Assembly (NCBI GenBank): GCA_947623305.1
Contig: CANQGQ010000008.1
Location: 13,434 to 77,433 of the forward strand
Reading direction: 5' to 3'
Source: an uncultured Alistipes sp.
GTDB lineage: Bacteria; Bacteroidota; Bacteroidia; Bacteroidales; Rikenellaceae
Length of the DNA stretch: 64,000 nt
Shown: positions 9,338 to 18,920 of the stretch, one piece after another
Numbering within the stretch: the first letter of the stretch is position 1
Layout: the number at the start of each line of letters is the position of its first letter
The notes under the pieces: generated by a model
Told to the model about the DNA's origin: nothing
Database searches by the model: none
What the model saw: the letters and a program-made list of their open reading frames with translations, nothing else
Position numbers and translations under genes: made by a program

Positions 9338-9676
9338 ATGACCGAAGATAACGTGAAAGCGCAGATGCGCAAAGGAATTCTGGAGTATTGCGTCCTCGCC
9401 ATTCTATCTCGCGAAGATTCCTATGCTCCGAAGATCATCGCCGAGCTGAAACAGTCGGAGATGATCGTGGTCGAGGGTACGCTCTACCCGATCCTCACCC
9501 GGCAGAAGAACGCCGGATTGTTGACCTACCGCTGGGAGGAGTCGCCGCAGGGGCCTCCGCGGAAGTATTACACCCTCACGGACAAGGGCCGCGAATACCT
9601 CGCTTCGCTGGATGTTGCCTGGGATGAACTGGTGGCTCAGATACGAACCATCCGCCACGGAAAAGAGGAAAATTAA
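9338..9676 (+). CDS. PadR-family transcriptional regulator
   Basis: QMRKGILEYCVL, EGTLYPILTR, GPPRKYYTLTDKG motifs. Confidence 0.92.
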   Translation: MTEDNVKAQMRKGILEYCVLAILSREDSYAPKIIAELKQSEMIVVEGTLYPILTRQKNAGLLTYRWEESPQGPPRKYYTLTDKGREYLASLDVAWDELVAQIRTIRHGKEEN

Positions 9677-9704
9677 CCCGAAACATCAAATAATCGAGAA
9701 AATC

Positions 9705-10526
9705 ATGAAAACCTGTTTGTTGAAACTCTTCGTCCTGATCGGATTGTGCCTGGGGTTGTTGGTGGCTCCGGCGGGTTATTCAGCTACGCGCCGTTCCGAT
9801 AAGACGGACGTATGGAACGGCCGCCGCACCACCGTCCGCGGAAGCGGCAACCTGGTTACCCGCACGAAAGCCGCGTCCGATTTCCGCGCTGTCAGCGCTG
9901 CGCGGGGCATCGAGGTCGTCATCGGCGGCAGCGATAAGATCGTCATCGAGGCCGACGACAATGTGCTGGATTACGTCGTGGCCGAAGTCGAGGCCGAAAC
10001 ATTGAAAATCACCCTCCCCGAGAAGGTGAACGTGCGCAACGCCTCCATCACCGTGCGGATACCGAACAACGGGAAGATCGAGGCCATCCGCGCATCGAGC
10101 GGCGCTGAGATTCGTACCGAAACAGCCTTGAAAGCCTCCGATCTGGATATTCGCTTGTCGAGCGCCGCTTCGCTGGACGCCGCGCTGAAGGCCAAACGAT
10201 GCACGATCCGCATGTCGAGCGGCACGGAGATGAAGGCGGCCGTCGATTTCGGACAGTGCAACGTCGGTTTGTCGAGCGGTTCGAGTGTCCGACTTTCCGG
10301 CAAGACCGATGCGCTGTCCGCCGACCTTTCGTCGGGCTCCGAACTCAACGCATTCGAATTGGAGGCACGCATGTGTCGGGTCGAGGTGTCGAGCGGGGCC
10401 GAAGCCGAGGTCAACTGCTCCGGCGAACTCACAGCCCGGGCCTCGAGCGGCGGCAGCGTCGAGTACAAGGGCGATTGCGAGGTCGATAAACAGAGCAGCT
10501 CCGGCGGCGAAGTCAGAAAACGCTAA
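9705..10526 (+). CDS. Secreted DUF2807 (head GIN / Toastrack-like) beta-solenoid protein
   Basis: Signal peptide, GSGNLVTR, then repeated xxSSG[AS]xx turns. ATG 9705. Confidence 0.8.
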   Translation: MKTCLLKLFVLIGLCLGLLVAPAGYSATRRSDKTDVWNGRRTTVRGSGNLVTRTKAASDFRAVSAARGIEVVIGGSDKIVIEADDNVLDYVVAEVEAETLKITLPEKVNVRNASITVRIPNNGKIEAIRASSGAEIRTETALKASDLDIRLSSAASLDAALKAKRCTIRMSSGTEMKAAVDFGQCNVGLSSGSSVRLSGKTDALSADLSSGSELNAFELEARMCRVEVSSGAEAEVNCSGELTARASSGGSVEYKGDCEVDKQSSSGGEVRKR

Positions 10527-10544
10527 TCCGAAAATCCGCGTATC

Positions 10545-11765
10545 ATGAACGAAGTCAAAAAATGCAGCATATCGGGCGTCGCTTTCACGCTGGACAACGA
10601 TGCCTACGAAGCGTTGGAGCGTTACATCGAGAGCCTCCGGCAGGCTTACAAAAACTCGCCCGACGGGGCGGAGATCATCGCCGACATCGAGGCTCGCATC
10701 GCCGAGCTGATCCTCTCGGCGCAGGACGGCGGACGGGTCGTCGAGAAACCGTTGGTGTTGAACATCATCGGGCAGCTGGGCAGCGCACAGGACATTTCCG
10801 AAAAGGAGGAAAATCCCGATGCCGACCTGCAATCCGAATCGCCCCGTATCCCGCGCCGCCTCTACCGCGACATCGACAATGCCAAATTGGGCGGCGTCTG
10901 CGCCGGTCTGGGCCGTTATTTCGGCATCGACGCCGTATGGATCCGTTTAGGCATCTTCCTGCCGATCCTCCTCAAAATCGTTTTCGGATCGTATTTTTGG
11001 TTCGTCGGCAATGTATTCGGAAACATCTTCGGGGTCTTTCTGCTCTGTTATTTAGTCATGTGGTTCGCCGTGCCGGTGGCCCGCTCCGCCCGTCAGAAGT
11101 TGGAGATGAACGGTGATCCGATCACGACCCAGTCGGTGGCCGACGCGACCGCCGCTGCGGCCAATGACGTCGACAGCAAGGCCAAATCCGTCGTGGCCGA
11201 AACCGTGTCGGTATTCGGCAAAGTCGTGTTGATCTTGTTGAAACTTTTCGCCGGCCTGCTCGTTTTCGGATTGATCTGCGCCGCCTGCGCCTTGATCGTC
11301 GGTTTGATCAGCGTGGCCGTCGGCGGATACGAATTCCTGCACCTCTCGCCCGATGAATACTCCATCTGGCTGCCGATTACGGGCATCTTGGTCGTGCTGG
11401 TTCCCGTCTTCCTGTTGATTTACGTGTTGATGTGCCTGATCGCTTCGCGCAAGCCCGGCGGCAAAACCATTCTGGCGACTTTCCTGCTTTGGATCGTTAC
11501 GATCATCGCCTGCGTGATTTTCGCGATTCGCAGCGATGTAACCGATGGAATGCGTCATATCATACGGAGCAACAATATCCGGGTCGAAACGCCGCGTCCG
11601 GATATGGAGGAATTGGAGCAGCAGCTCGAAGCGTTGGAGAGTTACTCCATCGACATTCGGGACAGCACCAACAACGTGAACATCACCGTGCGGGCGAACC
11701 GCAAGGCGCCGAACAAAGAGCATCCGGTCGTCGTCAAACAGACGCAGACCGATACGATCCATTGA
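10545..11765 (+). CDS. PspC-domain membrane protein with N-terminal HAAS-like domain
   Basis: SISGVAFTLDNDAY...DIEARIAEL, RRLYRDIDNAKLGGVCAGLGRYFG, several TM helices. Confidence 0.85.
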   Translation: MNEVKKCSISGVAFTLDNDAYEALERYIESLRQAYKNSPDGAEIIADIEARIAELILSAQDGGRVVEKPLVLNIIGQLGSAQDISEKEENPDADLQSESPRIPRRLYRDIDNAKLGGVCAGLGRYFGIDAVWIRLGIFLPILLKIVFGSYFWFVGNVFGNIFGVFLLCYLVMWFAVPVARSARQKLEMNGDPITTQSVADATAAAANDVDSKAKSVVAETVSVFGKVVLILLKLFAGLLVFGLICAACALIVGLISVAVGGYEFLHLSPDEYSIWLPITGILVVLVPVFLLIYVLMCLIASRKPGGKTILATFLLWIVTIIACVIFAIRSDVTDGMRHIIRSNNIRVETPRPDMEELEQQLEALESYSIDIRDSTNNVNITVRANRKAPNKEHPVVVKQTQTDTIH

Positions 11766-11797
11766 CCGTTAGTTGAGTTGTTTAGATAAAGTTCATT

Positions 11798-11838
11798 AAG
11801 AGCCGTCCGCCCGACAATTCGTCGGGCGGACGGCTCTT
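11798..11838. terminator. 18-bp perfect inverted repeat between convergent genes (probable bidirectional terminator)
   Basis: AAGAGCCGTCCGCCCGAC-aattc-GTCGGGCGGACGGCTCTT. Confidence 0.6.
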
Positions 11839-12014
11839 CGTCAGAGGCGTTGGGCTTGCCTTTGGTTTGTCGGAGCCTTCGGCGCATCGCAGCGCTGGGA
11901 GGCATTGAACGAGTTGTTTGTTCGGCTGGTATCAGACCGCGCCGGCCCACCGCAGTCCTCTCCCAAGGGTGGAACCGATTCTCAACCGGAAGCGCCGCTA
12001 ACCGCCGCGAACGT

Positions 12015-13304
12015 TCAGCTTTTATGGGTCATGATGTCGAGTACCATGCGGTCGGTTTCGTTCATACCGTCGCGGCCGATGCGGGTCAGATTGTGGATGC
12101 AGCAGTCGACATTCTGGTCGATGATGCCCTCGACCGGCGTAACGCAATGACCGTCCATCGCCATCATTGCCGACAGCACGGCCGTCGATACGCCGCTCAT
12201 CAGCTTCATTGCGCAGCTCGGTTTCGCGCCGTCGCAGATCATGCCCGTCAGATTGGCGATCATGTTTTTGACCGCTGCGACGATTCGGTCGTAGTCGCCG
12301 CCCATCAAGTAGGTGATGCCGCAGCTCGAACCGGTTGCCGCCACGACGCAGCCGCACAAGGCCGAAAGCCGGCCGAGACTTTGTTTGATGTAAATCACGG
12401 TCAGGTGGCTCAACGTCAGGGCCCGAACGGTCTGTTCTTCCGATGCGCCGATTTGTTCGGCATAAACCACTACCGGAAGCGTCGCCGCGATACCTTGGTT
12501 GCCGCTTCCCGAATTGCTCATCACGGGAATTTTCGCACCGGCCATGCGGGCATCGCAGGCAGCCGAGGTGTAGGAGAGAATGCGCGAAAAGATGCTGTCG
12601 CCCATCACTTTCAGCTCCCGTTCCCGTCGGAGCGTGCGACCGACGCTGTGTCCGTAGTCGCCCGTGAAGGCTTGTTCGGCCGCTGCTTTGTTCAGCCGCC
12701 GCGATTCGAGGATGAAACGCAATTCATCGACCGGTGTGGTCGTGGCGAATTCCCATACGCGGGCAAGCGAAAGGCCGACCGCTTCTTCGGCTTCTTCGGC
12801 AGACGCCGGTGTACGTTTGTCGAGCGTCGCCTGCCCGTCGCGGGCCGCATAGACGAAACGGGTATGTCCTCCGGCGATGATGGCCGTTGCCGTGTGGCCG
12901 GCCGCCGAGACTTCCACTTCGATATAGAGTTTTTCGTTGATTCCCTCTTTGAGTGCGATGGCGATGCCCTTTCGGTCGATGAACGCCTTGCCCCGTTCTA
13001 CGGCTTCGGGCGTAACGTCGCGCAACACCTCTAATTGATATTCCGATTTCCCGACCAATGCACCGAGCGCCACGGCGATGGGCAGACCGATCATGCCGCC
13101 CGTGCCCGGAATTCCGACGCCCATCGCGTTTTTCAGGATATTGGCGCTCAGCCGGACGTCGATGCGTTCCGGACAGCGCCCCAGTTCTTCGGTCGCACGG
13201 GCCGTGCACAGGGCGACGGCAATGGGTTCGGTGCAGCCGATAGCGGGCACCACTTCGCGATGGATGAGCGCGATGATGCGCTCCCGTTCGGGTTTCGGTA
13301 TCAT
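12015..13304 (-). CDS. cyuA: L-cysteine desulfidase (UPF0597, CyuA/YhaM family; serine-dehydratase-alpha-like)
   Basis: VVPAIGCTEP, KNAMGVGIPG, MSNSGSGNQG, LSALCGC, MICDGAKPSCAMK motifs. Confidence 0.8.
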   Translation of the reverse strand: MIPKPERERIIALIHREVVPAIGCTEPIAVALCTARATEELGRCPERIDVRLSANILKNAMGVGIPGTGGMIGLPIAVALGALVGKSEYQLEVLRDVTPEAVERGKAFIDRKGIAIALKEGINEKLYIEVEVSAAGHTATAIIAGGHTRFVYAARDGQATLDKRTPASAEEAEEAVGLSLARVWEFATTTPVDELRFILESRRLNKAAAEQAFTGDYGHSVGRTLRRERELKVMGDSIFSRILSYTSAACDARMAGAKIPVMSNSGSGNQGIAATLPVVVYAEQIGASEEQTVRALTLSHLTVIYIKQSLGRLSALCGCVVAATGSSCGITYLMGGDYDRIVAAVKNMIANLTGMICDGAKPSCAMKLMSGVSTAVLSAMMAMDGHCVTPVEGIIDQNVDCCIHNLTRIGRDGMNETDRMVLDIMTHKS

Positions 13305-13400
13305 AGAGGTCGAAATTTAGCTTGTTCGAAAGCGAAGATACGAAAAAAATGTTATTTTTGTCCGAATGAAGCGATCTGCATTCAATAAATCCGTATAGGT

Positions 13401-13964
13401 ATGGTGAAAGAACCGAAACCCCGTTCGTGGCGGGTCGTTACGAGCGAATATCTCTCCCGAAAACCCTGGTTCACCGTGCGCCACGAGTGCATCGAGGGGC
13501 CGGACGGACGTCGGGTTCCCGATTATTATGTCTTCGAATACCCCGATTGGGTCAACGTGATCGCCGTAACAGCGGAAGGGCGGTTCGTTTTTATCGACCA
13601 GTATCGCCACGGGCTGGGGCGTACGGATTATGAGATTCCGGCCGGCGTGATCGAATCGACCGATGCCTCTCCGCTGGCGGCGGCTCAGCGCGAACTGCTG
13701 GAGGAGACTGGGTTCGGCGGCGGCGAATGGCGACCGATAACGACCTTGTCTCCCAATCCGGCGACGCAGAATAATCTGACGCATAGTTTTCTGGCCGTCG
13801 GCGTAACGCGCCAGTCGGAACAACATCTCGATGAAACGGAGGACATCGGCATCCATCTGCTGACGAAAAACGAAGTTTTGGAGTTGCTGCGTACCGATCG
13901 GATTCGTCAGGCGTTGATGGCAGCGCCGTTGTGGCGTTGTTTGGCCGAGGAATTGATTCCATGA
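13401..13964 (+). CDS. NUDIX hydrolase (ADP-ribose pyrophosphatase-like)
   Basis: Nudix box AGVIE...AAAQRELLEETG; QYRHG. Confidence 0.88.
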   Translation: MVKEPKPRSWRVVTSEYLSRKPWFTVRHECIEGPDGRRVPDYYVFEYPDWVNVIAVTAEGRFVFIDQYRHGLGRTDYEIPAGVIESTDASPLAAAQRELLEETGFGGGEWRPITTLSPNPATQNNLTHSFLAVGVTRQSEQHLDETEDIGIHLLTKNEVLELLRTDRIRQALMAAPLWRCLAEELIP

Positions 13965-13982
13965 CCTTGCCCCAAGAGATAC

Positions 13983-14018
13983 AAAAAAGCGCTTCGAATC
14001 CGAAGCGCTTTTTGTTTT
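13983..14018. terminator. Bidirectional intrinsic terminator
   Basis: AAAAAAGCGCTTCG-aatc-CGAAGCGCTTTTTG between convergent genes. Confidence 0.8.
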
Positions 14019-14046
14019 GCGACTTAGCGAATCAACGTGTCGCGAA

Positions 14047-14307
14047 TTACTCGGCTAACGGAGTTACGCTGACATAGGAGCGGCCTTCGCGTTTTTTGCA
14101 GAACGAAACCGTCCCGTCGACCAAGGCGAAGAGCGTATGGTCTTTGCCCATGCCGACATTCTCGCCGGCATTGTGAACCGTGCCGCGCTGACGGACGATG
14201 ATGTTGCCCGCCTTTGCGAACTGGCCGCCGAACAATTTGATGCCGAGCCGTTTGCTTTCCGACTCACGGCCGTTCTTCGAACTACCTACACCTTTCTTGT
14301 GTGCCAT
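14047..14307 (-). CDS. rpmA: 50S ribosomal protein L27
   Basis: [31 protein letters not shown]. Confidence 0.98.
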   Translation of the reverse strand: MAHKKGVGSSKNGRESESKRLGIKLFGGQFAKAGNIIVRQRGTVHNAGENVGMGKDHTLFALVDGTVSFCKKREGRSYVSVTPLAE

Positions 14308-14327
14308 GATGCTTCGTTTTTAAAGGT

Positions 14328-14639
14328 TTATGCAACGATTTCTTCCACAAGAATCTGGGTCAGCGCCTGCCGGTGTCCGTTGCATTTCTGGTATCCCGTG
14401 CGGCGTTTTTTCTTGAACACCAAGACTTTGTCGTCTTTCAAGTGTTTCAGAATCTTGCATTTTACCGTGGCGCCTTCTACTACAGGTGCGCCGACTTTGA
14501 CCTGACCGTCGTTGTCTGCGAGCAGGACACGGTCGAAACTTACGGACGAATTTTCGTCGCCCTGGAGACGGTGGACATAAAGTTTCCGACCTTTTTCAGC
14601 CTTGAATTGCTGACCTGCAATCTCTACTATTACGTACAT
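14328..14639 (-). CDS. rplU: 50S ribosomal protein L21
   Basis: [29 protein letters not shown]. Confidence 0.97.
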   Translation of the reverse strand: MYVIVEIAGQQFKAEKGRKLYVHRLQGDENSSVSFDRVLLADNDGQVKVGAPVVEGATVKCKILKHLKDDKVLVFKKKRRTGYQKCNGHRQALTQILVEEIVA

Positions 14640-14679
14640 TTGAAATCGTTACCGGTATTTGAACCGGTGTTTCGGGTTG

Positions 14680-14687
14680 CAAATATA
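14680..14687 (-). promoter_or_regulatory. -7 promoter element of rplU-rpmA
   Basis: TATATTTG on the minus strand, 40 nt upstream of the rplU start. Confidence 0.6.
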
Positions 14688-14807
14688 CGCATTTTTATCG
14701 GAACTGCAATACCCGAGGCCGATTTTTTCGGCATCGTCGGTCTCTGGCACGGTTTTGGGCGAGGAGCTGCGCGCCGGAAGCGTTGTGCCGGCACACAGTG
14801 GAGGATC

Positions 14808-15179
14808 ATGCATCGTCGTATATTGATTGTTGCCGAAGAGCCGTTCGTGCGCGATGTCGTTCGGCTATCGTTGGTCGGATTGGGCGCCGAGGTGCGCTGC
14901 ACGTCCGACTGCGAGGGGATGCGTGCATCGTGCCGCCGCGCGACCTTCGATTTGATTATCGTCTTGCAGGCGGCGATGTTTTTGTGCGGCGGCAATCCCG
15001 TGCGTGAAGTACGGCCCGCCGGTCTGCGGCATCCTGCGATCTATGTGCTGTCGTGGCAGCAGGCCGAGCAGACGGTGCTGAGCCTTCTGGAAGCGGGCGT
15101 CGACCAGTATATGACTTTTCCGGTGAATCTGCAACGGTTGCGCCGCAAAGTGGCCGACGAACTCGACCGACGATTGTGA
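14808..15179 (+). CDS. Stand-alone atypical receiver domain (pseudo-receiver)
   Basis: CheY-like pattern ILIVAEE...DLIIVL...IYVLS...AGVDQYMTFP. Phospho-acceptor Asp and the conserved Lys are absent. GGAGG precedes ATG 14808. Confidence 0.75.
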   Translation: MHRRILIVAEEPFVRDVVRLSLVGLGAEVRCTSDCEGMRASCRRATFDLIIVLQAAMFLCGGNPVREVRPAGLRHPAIYVLSWQQAEQTVLSLLEAGVDQYMTFPVNLQRLRRKVADELDRRL

Positions 15180-15184
15180 ACCCG

Positions 15185-16129
15185 ATGACCGATACGCTCT
15201 ATAAAATTTATACGGTTCTCGCGCTCGCTGTAGCGTGTGCGCTGTCGGTGGGCACCTTGTTCGCCGCCTTGCGCGAACGCCGCCGGCGGGGGCACGATGC
15301 GATTCTGCGGGCCAAGTATCTGCATGCGTTGATGCTGGCATTGAGCGGCGACGAAGGGCGGATGCCCTATTTCCCGCTTTTCGGCCATTACGGCACCCGG
15401 CTGTTGTTGTGCGAAACCATCGCGGGTCTCGTGTCGATCACCTATGGATTGAACACTGCGCTGTTGCGGCACGCGATCGACCGCTACGGGCTCGATCGCT
15501 GGATGCTGCGGCATGTCCGTCGATGCCGAGGCTACCGGCGGGCGCGGACATTGGCTCTGCTCGCGTGTTTGCCCTCCGATGAGACGATGGCTGCGGCCGT
15601 CGTCCCGTATCTTCGGAGCCGGAACCGTTATGTCCGCTTTTACGCATTGACGGTGCAGTTGGCCGCCGATCCGGCGCACGCCTTGCGGTACATCGAATCG
15701 TATCCCAGCCCGTTGGCGGCTTCGGAAGTGGCGGAATTGATGGCTTTGCTGCGGCGCGGCATCCTGCCGGTCGCTTACGGGCCGTTGCTGGAATCGCGTT
15801 CGCTCAATCTGCGCAGGGTCGGATTGGCCATTGTCCGGCAGTTCGGCATCGAGGAGGCCGAAGGCCGGTTGTTGCAATTCGTGGCCGACTCCTCCGAACC
15901 TGAACTCGGACGGGAAGCCCTCTATGCGCTGTGTTCGTTGCGGTGTTCCCTGCTGCGGCGCGAGGTCGCCGTTTTCATCACGGGGATGGATCTTCGGGAG
16001 CGCCGGGCGCTGTTGCGCTGCATGGCGCTCGAAGGCTATGCCCTGAACACGATGCAGCGGCTGTTCGAAGACGACGAACGGCCCTATTACGAAACGCTCG
16101 TGCAATCCTATAAACGTTCGTTGGCATGA
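15185..16129 (+). CDS. Membrane-anchored HEAT/ARM-repeat-like protein
   Basis: N-terminal TM helix, then helical repeats (RRARTLALL, PYLRSRNRYVRFYAL, LLESRSLNLRRVGLAI). ATG 15185. Confidence 0.6.
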   Translation: MTDTLYKIYTVLALAVACALSVGTLFAALRERRRRGHDAILRAKYLHALMLALSGDEGRMPYFPLFGHYGTRLLLCETIAGLVSITYGLNTALLRHAIDRYGLDRWMLRHVRRCRGYRRARTLALLACLPSDETMAAAVVPYLRSRNRYVRFYALTVQLAADPAHALRYIESYPSPLAASEVAELMALLRRGILPVAYGPLLESRSLNLRRVGLAIVRQFGIEEAEGRLLQFVADSSEPELGREALYALCSLRCSLLRREVAVFITGMDLRERRALLRCMALEGYALNTMQRLFEDDERPYYETLVQSYKRSLA

Positions 16130-17073
16130 AAGTCGTCTTGTTGCTTCTGTTGTGCAGCGTCGGTGCAGCCGCCTGCCTCGTTTTGCGGTTGGTTCTTCGG
16201 GGTCGGGACAAACGGTTGCTGCTCCGGGATGCGCACGGCATCGGCAGCAGTCTGTCGGAGGAGATCGGCATTTCGGTGCTGTGCAGCGGCATTGATACGC
16301 CCGAACGGATCGACGCACTGTTGGGTTCGGAATATACCCGTTTCGAAGTGATCGTCGTGCTCGACGCAGGCGGATTCCCCGAGGAGTTCGCCCATTTGTC
16401 GGCTCGCTATCGGATGATTCGGGTCGAATGGCACGGTTCGCAGGAGTTTCCGACGGCGGGCATCCGTTCGTTGTGGCGTTCCCGACGGCGGAGTTGCCGG
16501 CGGTTGGTGCTGGTCGACCGTCCGCAAAGAGCGGGCGGAACGGCTGCGGAATCGTCCGTTGCCGATTGGAATGCAGCCGCTTCCGTAGCGGCCTACGATT
16601 ATCTGCTTCCGTTGGACGGGCGAACGGCCTTATTGCCCGATGCCGTGATGCGGTTGGTAGCGGAGTTGGGCGAACATCCGGCCGGTGCGGTCGATGTCGT
16701 GCGGTCGCACATCGGGATACCGGTGGCGTTGATTGCCCGCGACGTCGTGATGGAGGCCGGCGGCTTCGGAAAGCGGTTGCTGCGGCAGATTCCGCGACGG
16801 AAGCGGCTGGAGCTGTGGGAACCGTTGGCCGGTCGGGCCGATCGGACGGATGCGGCGAAACGGGCCCGGGTGGAAAAGTTGGTGCTTCGGGCGGCGGTGA
16901 TCGTGGCGTTCATCGTTACGGGATGGGCCGCCGTGGCGGGCTATTGGACGGGAGCGGCCGTAACGGCTACGGTGGCGGTCGTCGCAGGGGCCGCGGCTTA
17001 TGGGCGGCAGGCGCTGGCACCCAATAGGGAAGTTGCTTATTTAGGGAGGAGATCGAATAAAGGTGATTCGTAA
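16126..17073 (+). CDS. Degenerate GT2-like membrane protein
   Basis: N-terminal TM, FEVIVVLD, LVLVD, WNAAASVAAYDYLLPLDG, RDVVMEAGGF, two C-terminal TMs. No DxD, TED or QxxRW. ATGA overlap with the upstream gene. Confidence 0.6.
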   Translation: MKVVLLLLLCSVGAAACLVLRLVLRGRDKRLLLRDAHGIGSSLSEEIGISVLCSGIDTPERIDALLGSEYTRFEVIVVLDAGGFPEEFAHLSARYRMIRVEWHGSQEFPTAGIRSLWRSRRRSCRRLVLVDRPQRAGGTAAESSVADWNAAASVAAYDYLLPLDGRTALLPDAVMRLVAELGEHPAGAVDVVRSHIGIPVALIARDVVMEAGGFGKRLLRQIPRRKRLELWEPLAGRADRTDAAKRARVEKLVLRAAVIVAFIVTGWAAVAGYWTGAAVTATVAVVAGAAAYGRQALAPNREVAYLGRRSNKGDS

Positions 17074-17187
17074 CGTTCGATAGAAAGACGACCCCTTAAT
17101 ATTTGTGTTAAAAAATTCACAATATCGCAAAAATATAGTACCTTTACCATGACAACCGAGACTACGGAATACCAAATACGCACGACG

Positions 17188-18033
17188 ATGATAAACGACG
17201 AGGTGAAAACTTATCTGTTGCCGCCCCTGTTCAATGCGGCGGTACGGGCCGGCGGCGCCATCATGAAGGTCTACAAGCATTTCGACGATTACGACATCAG
17301 CATGAAGGACGACAAGACCCCGATCACGGTGGCCGATCGTCAGGCTCATCGGGCCATCCGCGAGTATCTGGGCCGTACGCGGATTCCGGTGCTTTCGGAG
17401 GAGGGGCGCGCGATGCGTTACGAGGAACGCCGCAACTGGGAGCTCTATTGGTTGGTCGATCCGCTCGACGGTACGGTCGAGTTCATCAAGGGCAACAACG
17501 AATTTACGGTCAACATCGCCTTGATGGAGAACAACATCTGCATCGGGGCGGTCATCTACGTGCCCTATTTCGAGAAGATGTACGTCGCCTGGCGGGGAAG
17601 CGGGTCTTTCCTCAAAGAAGGCGTTCCGGCCGACGCCGACGCCGAATACGATTACGCCGGCATCCACGAGGCGTGCCGTCGGCTACCGCTCGTCGACGAA
17701 CCGGCTCGCGATCACCTGATCGTCGCCGTGTCTCGGTCGCATCAGACGCCAGAGACGCATGCGCATATCGACCGGTTGCGCCAGCAACGGGGCGATGTGG
17801 AGGTGGTGGAGCAGGGCAGCTCCTACAAATTCTGCCTTTTGGCCGAAGGCAAGGTCGACTATTACGTCCGTACGACGCAGACCTACGAATGGGACACGGC
17901 GGCCGGCGAGCTGATCCTTTCCGAGGCGGGCGGACACGTCGAATCGCTGCCCGATGGCCGTGCATTGCGTTACAACGAAGCGGATTTGCACAATCCGTGG
18001 TTCGTGTGCCGGTCGAAATTTTGCAAATTGTAG
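17188..18033 (+). CDS. cysQ: 3'(2'),5'-bisphosphate nucleotidase CysQ
   Basis: PITVADR, LSEEG, WLVDPLDGTVEF, WDTAAG motifs. The start may be 17149 or 17188. Confidence 0.9.
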   Translation: MINDEVKTYLLPPLFNAAVRAGGAIMKVYKHFDDYDISMKDDKTPITVADRQAHRAIREYLGRTRIPVLSEEGRAMRYEERRNWELYWLVDPLDGTVEFIKGNNEFTVNIALMENNICIGAVIYVPYFEKMYVAWRGSGSFLKEGVPADADAEYDYAGIHEACRRLPLVDEPARDHLIVAVSRSHQTPETHAHIDRLRQQRGDVEVVEQGSSYKFCLLAEGKVDYYVRTTQTYEWDTAAGELILSEAGGHVESLPDGRALRYNEADLHNPWFVCRSKFCKL

Positions 18034-18158
18034 GTTTTTCGGGCGGCCCTCGGACCGGAGGGCTGTCGCACCGTGCGATTTTTTGTGCGGGAAGCGGCAG
18101 ATTTACGCACGATTTTTATACCTTTGTGCCACGAAAATCATAAAACTGCATCATACCC

Positions 18159-18887
18159 ATGGGAAGAGCATTCGAATATCGCAAAGCGCGCAAACTCAAA
18201 CGCTGGGGGCACATGGCCCGTACATTCACCAAGATCGGCAAGGAGATCGAAATCGCCGTCAAGGCGGGCGGCCCCGATCCGTCGGGAAACACCCGTCTGC
18301 GTATCCTGATTCAGAATGCCAAGGCCGAGAACATGCCCAAGGAGAATATCGAACGGGCGATCAAACGGGCGACTGAAAAGGATGCGGCCGATTACAAGGA
18401 GGTGATTTACGAAGGCTACGGCCCGCACGGCATCGCTTTCCTTGTGGAGACGGCAACCGACAACACCAACCGTACGGTGGCTAACGTGCGCATGCACTTC
18501 AACAAGTGCGGCGGTGCATTGGGCAACAGCGGTTCGGTGGCATTCATGTTCGAGCACAAATGCGTGTTCAAATTCCATCCGGCTGCGGGCGTCGATCCCG
18601 AGGAACTGGAACTCGACATGATCGACTTGGGGGTCGACGAATTTTACGCCGAGGAGGACGGCGTAACGGTTTATGCTTCCTACGAATCGTTCGGGGCCAT
18701 TCAGAAGTGGTTGGACGACCGCGGGTACGAGATCGTCTCCGGCGAATCGGCTTATCTACCGATGGACACGAAGGAGTTGGACGCCGAGGGGCGCGAATCG
18801 GTGGAGCGGTTGGTGGAGCGGCTCGAAGAGGACGACGACGTTACGAACGTTTACCACAACATGAAAGAGGAGGATTCGGCCGAATAG
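18159..18887 (+). CDS. yebC: YebC/PmpR family DNA-binding protein
   Basis: MGRAFEYRKARK, ENMPKENIERAIK, YEGYGPHG, TDNTNRT. TACCTTTG lies upstream. Confidence 0.95.
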   Translation: MGRAFEYRKARKLKRWGHMARTFTKIGKEIEIAVKAGGPDPSGNTRLRILIQNAKAENMPKENIERAIKRATEKDAADYKEVIYEGYGPHGIAFLVETATDNTNRTVANVRMHFNKCGGALGNSGSVAFMFEHKCVFKFHPAAGVDPEELELDMIDLGVDEFYAEEDGVTVYASYESFGAIQKWLDDRGYEIVSGESAYLPMDTKELDAEGRESVERLVERLEEDDDVTNVYHNMKEEDSAE

Positions 18888-18920
18888 GATTTTCGATAGG
18901 GGTTTGCGTATAACCCGCCA

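Noticed and set aside
9780-13034. Long antisense ORFs (9780..10832, 11052..11762, 11850..13034)
   Set aside because: They shadow well-supported genes on the opposite strand. This is expected in GC3-rich DNA, and they show no motifs.
13993-14002. TTCGAATCC resembling a tRNA T-loop
   Set aside because: It is the loop of a terminator hairpin; no cloverleaf forms around it.
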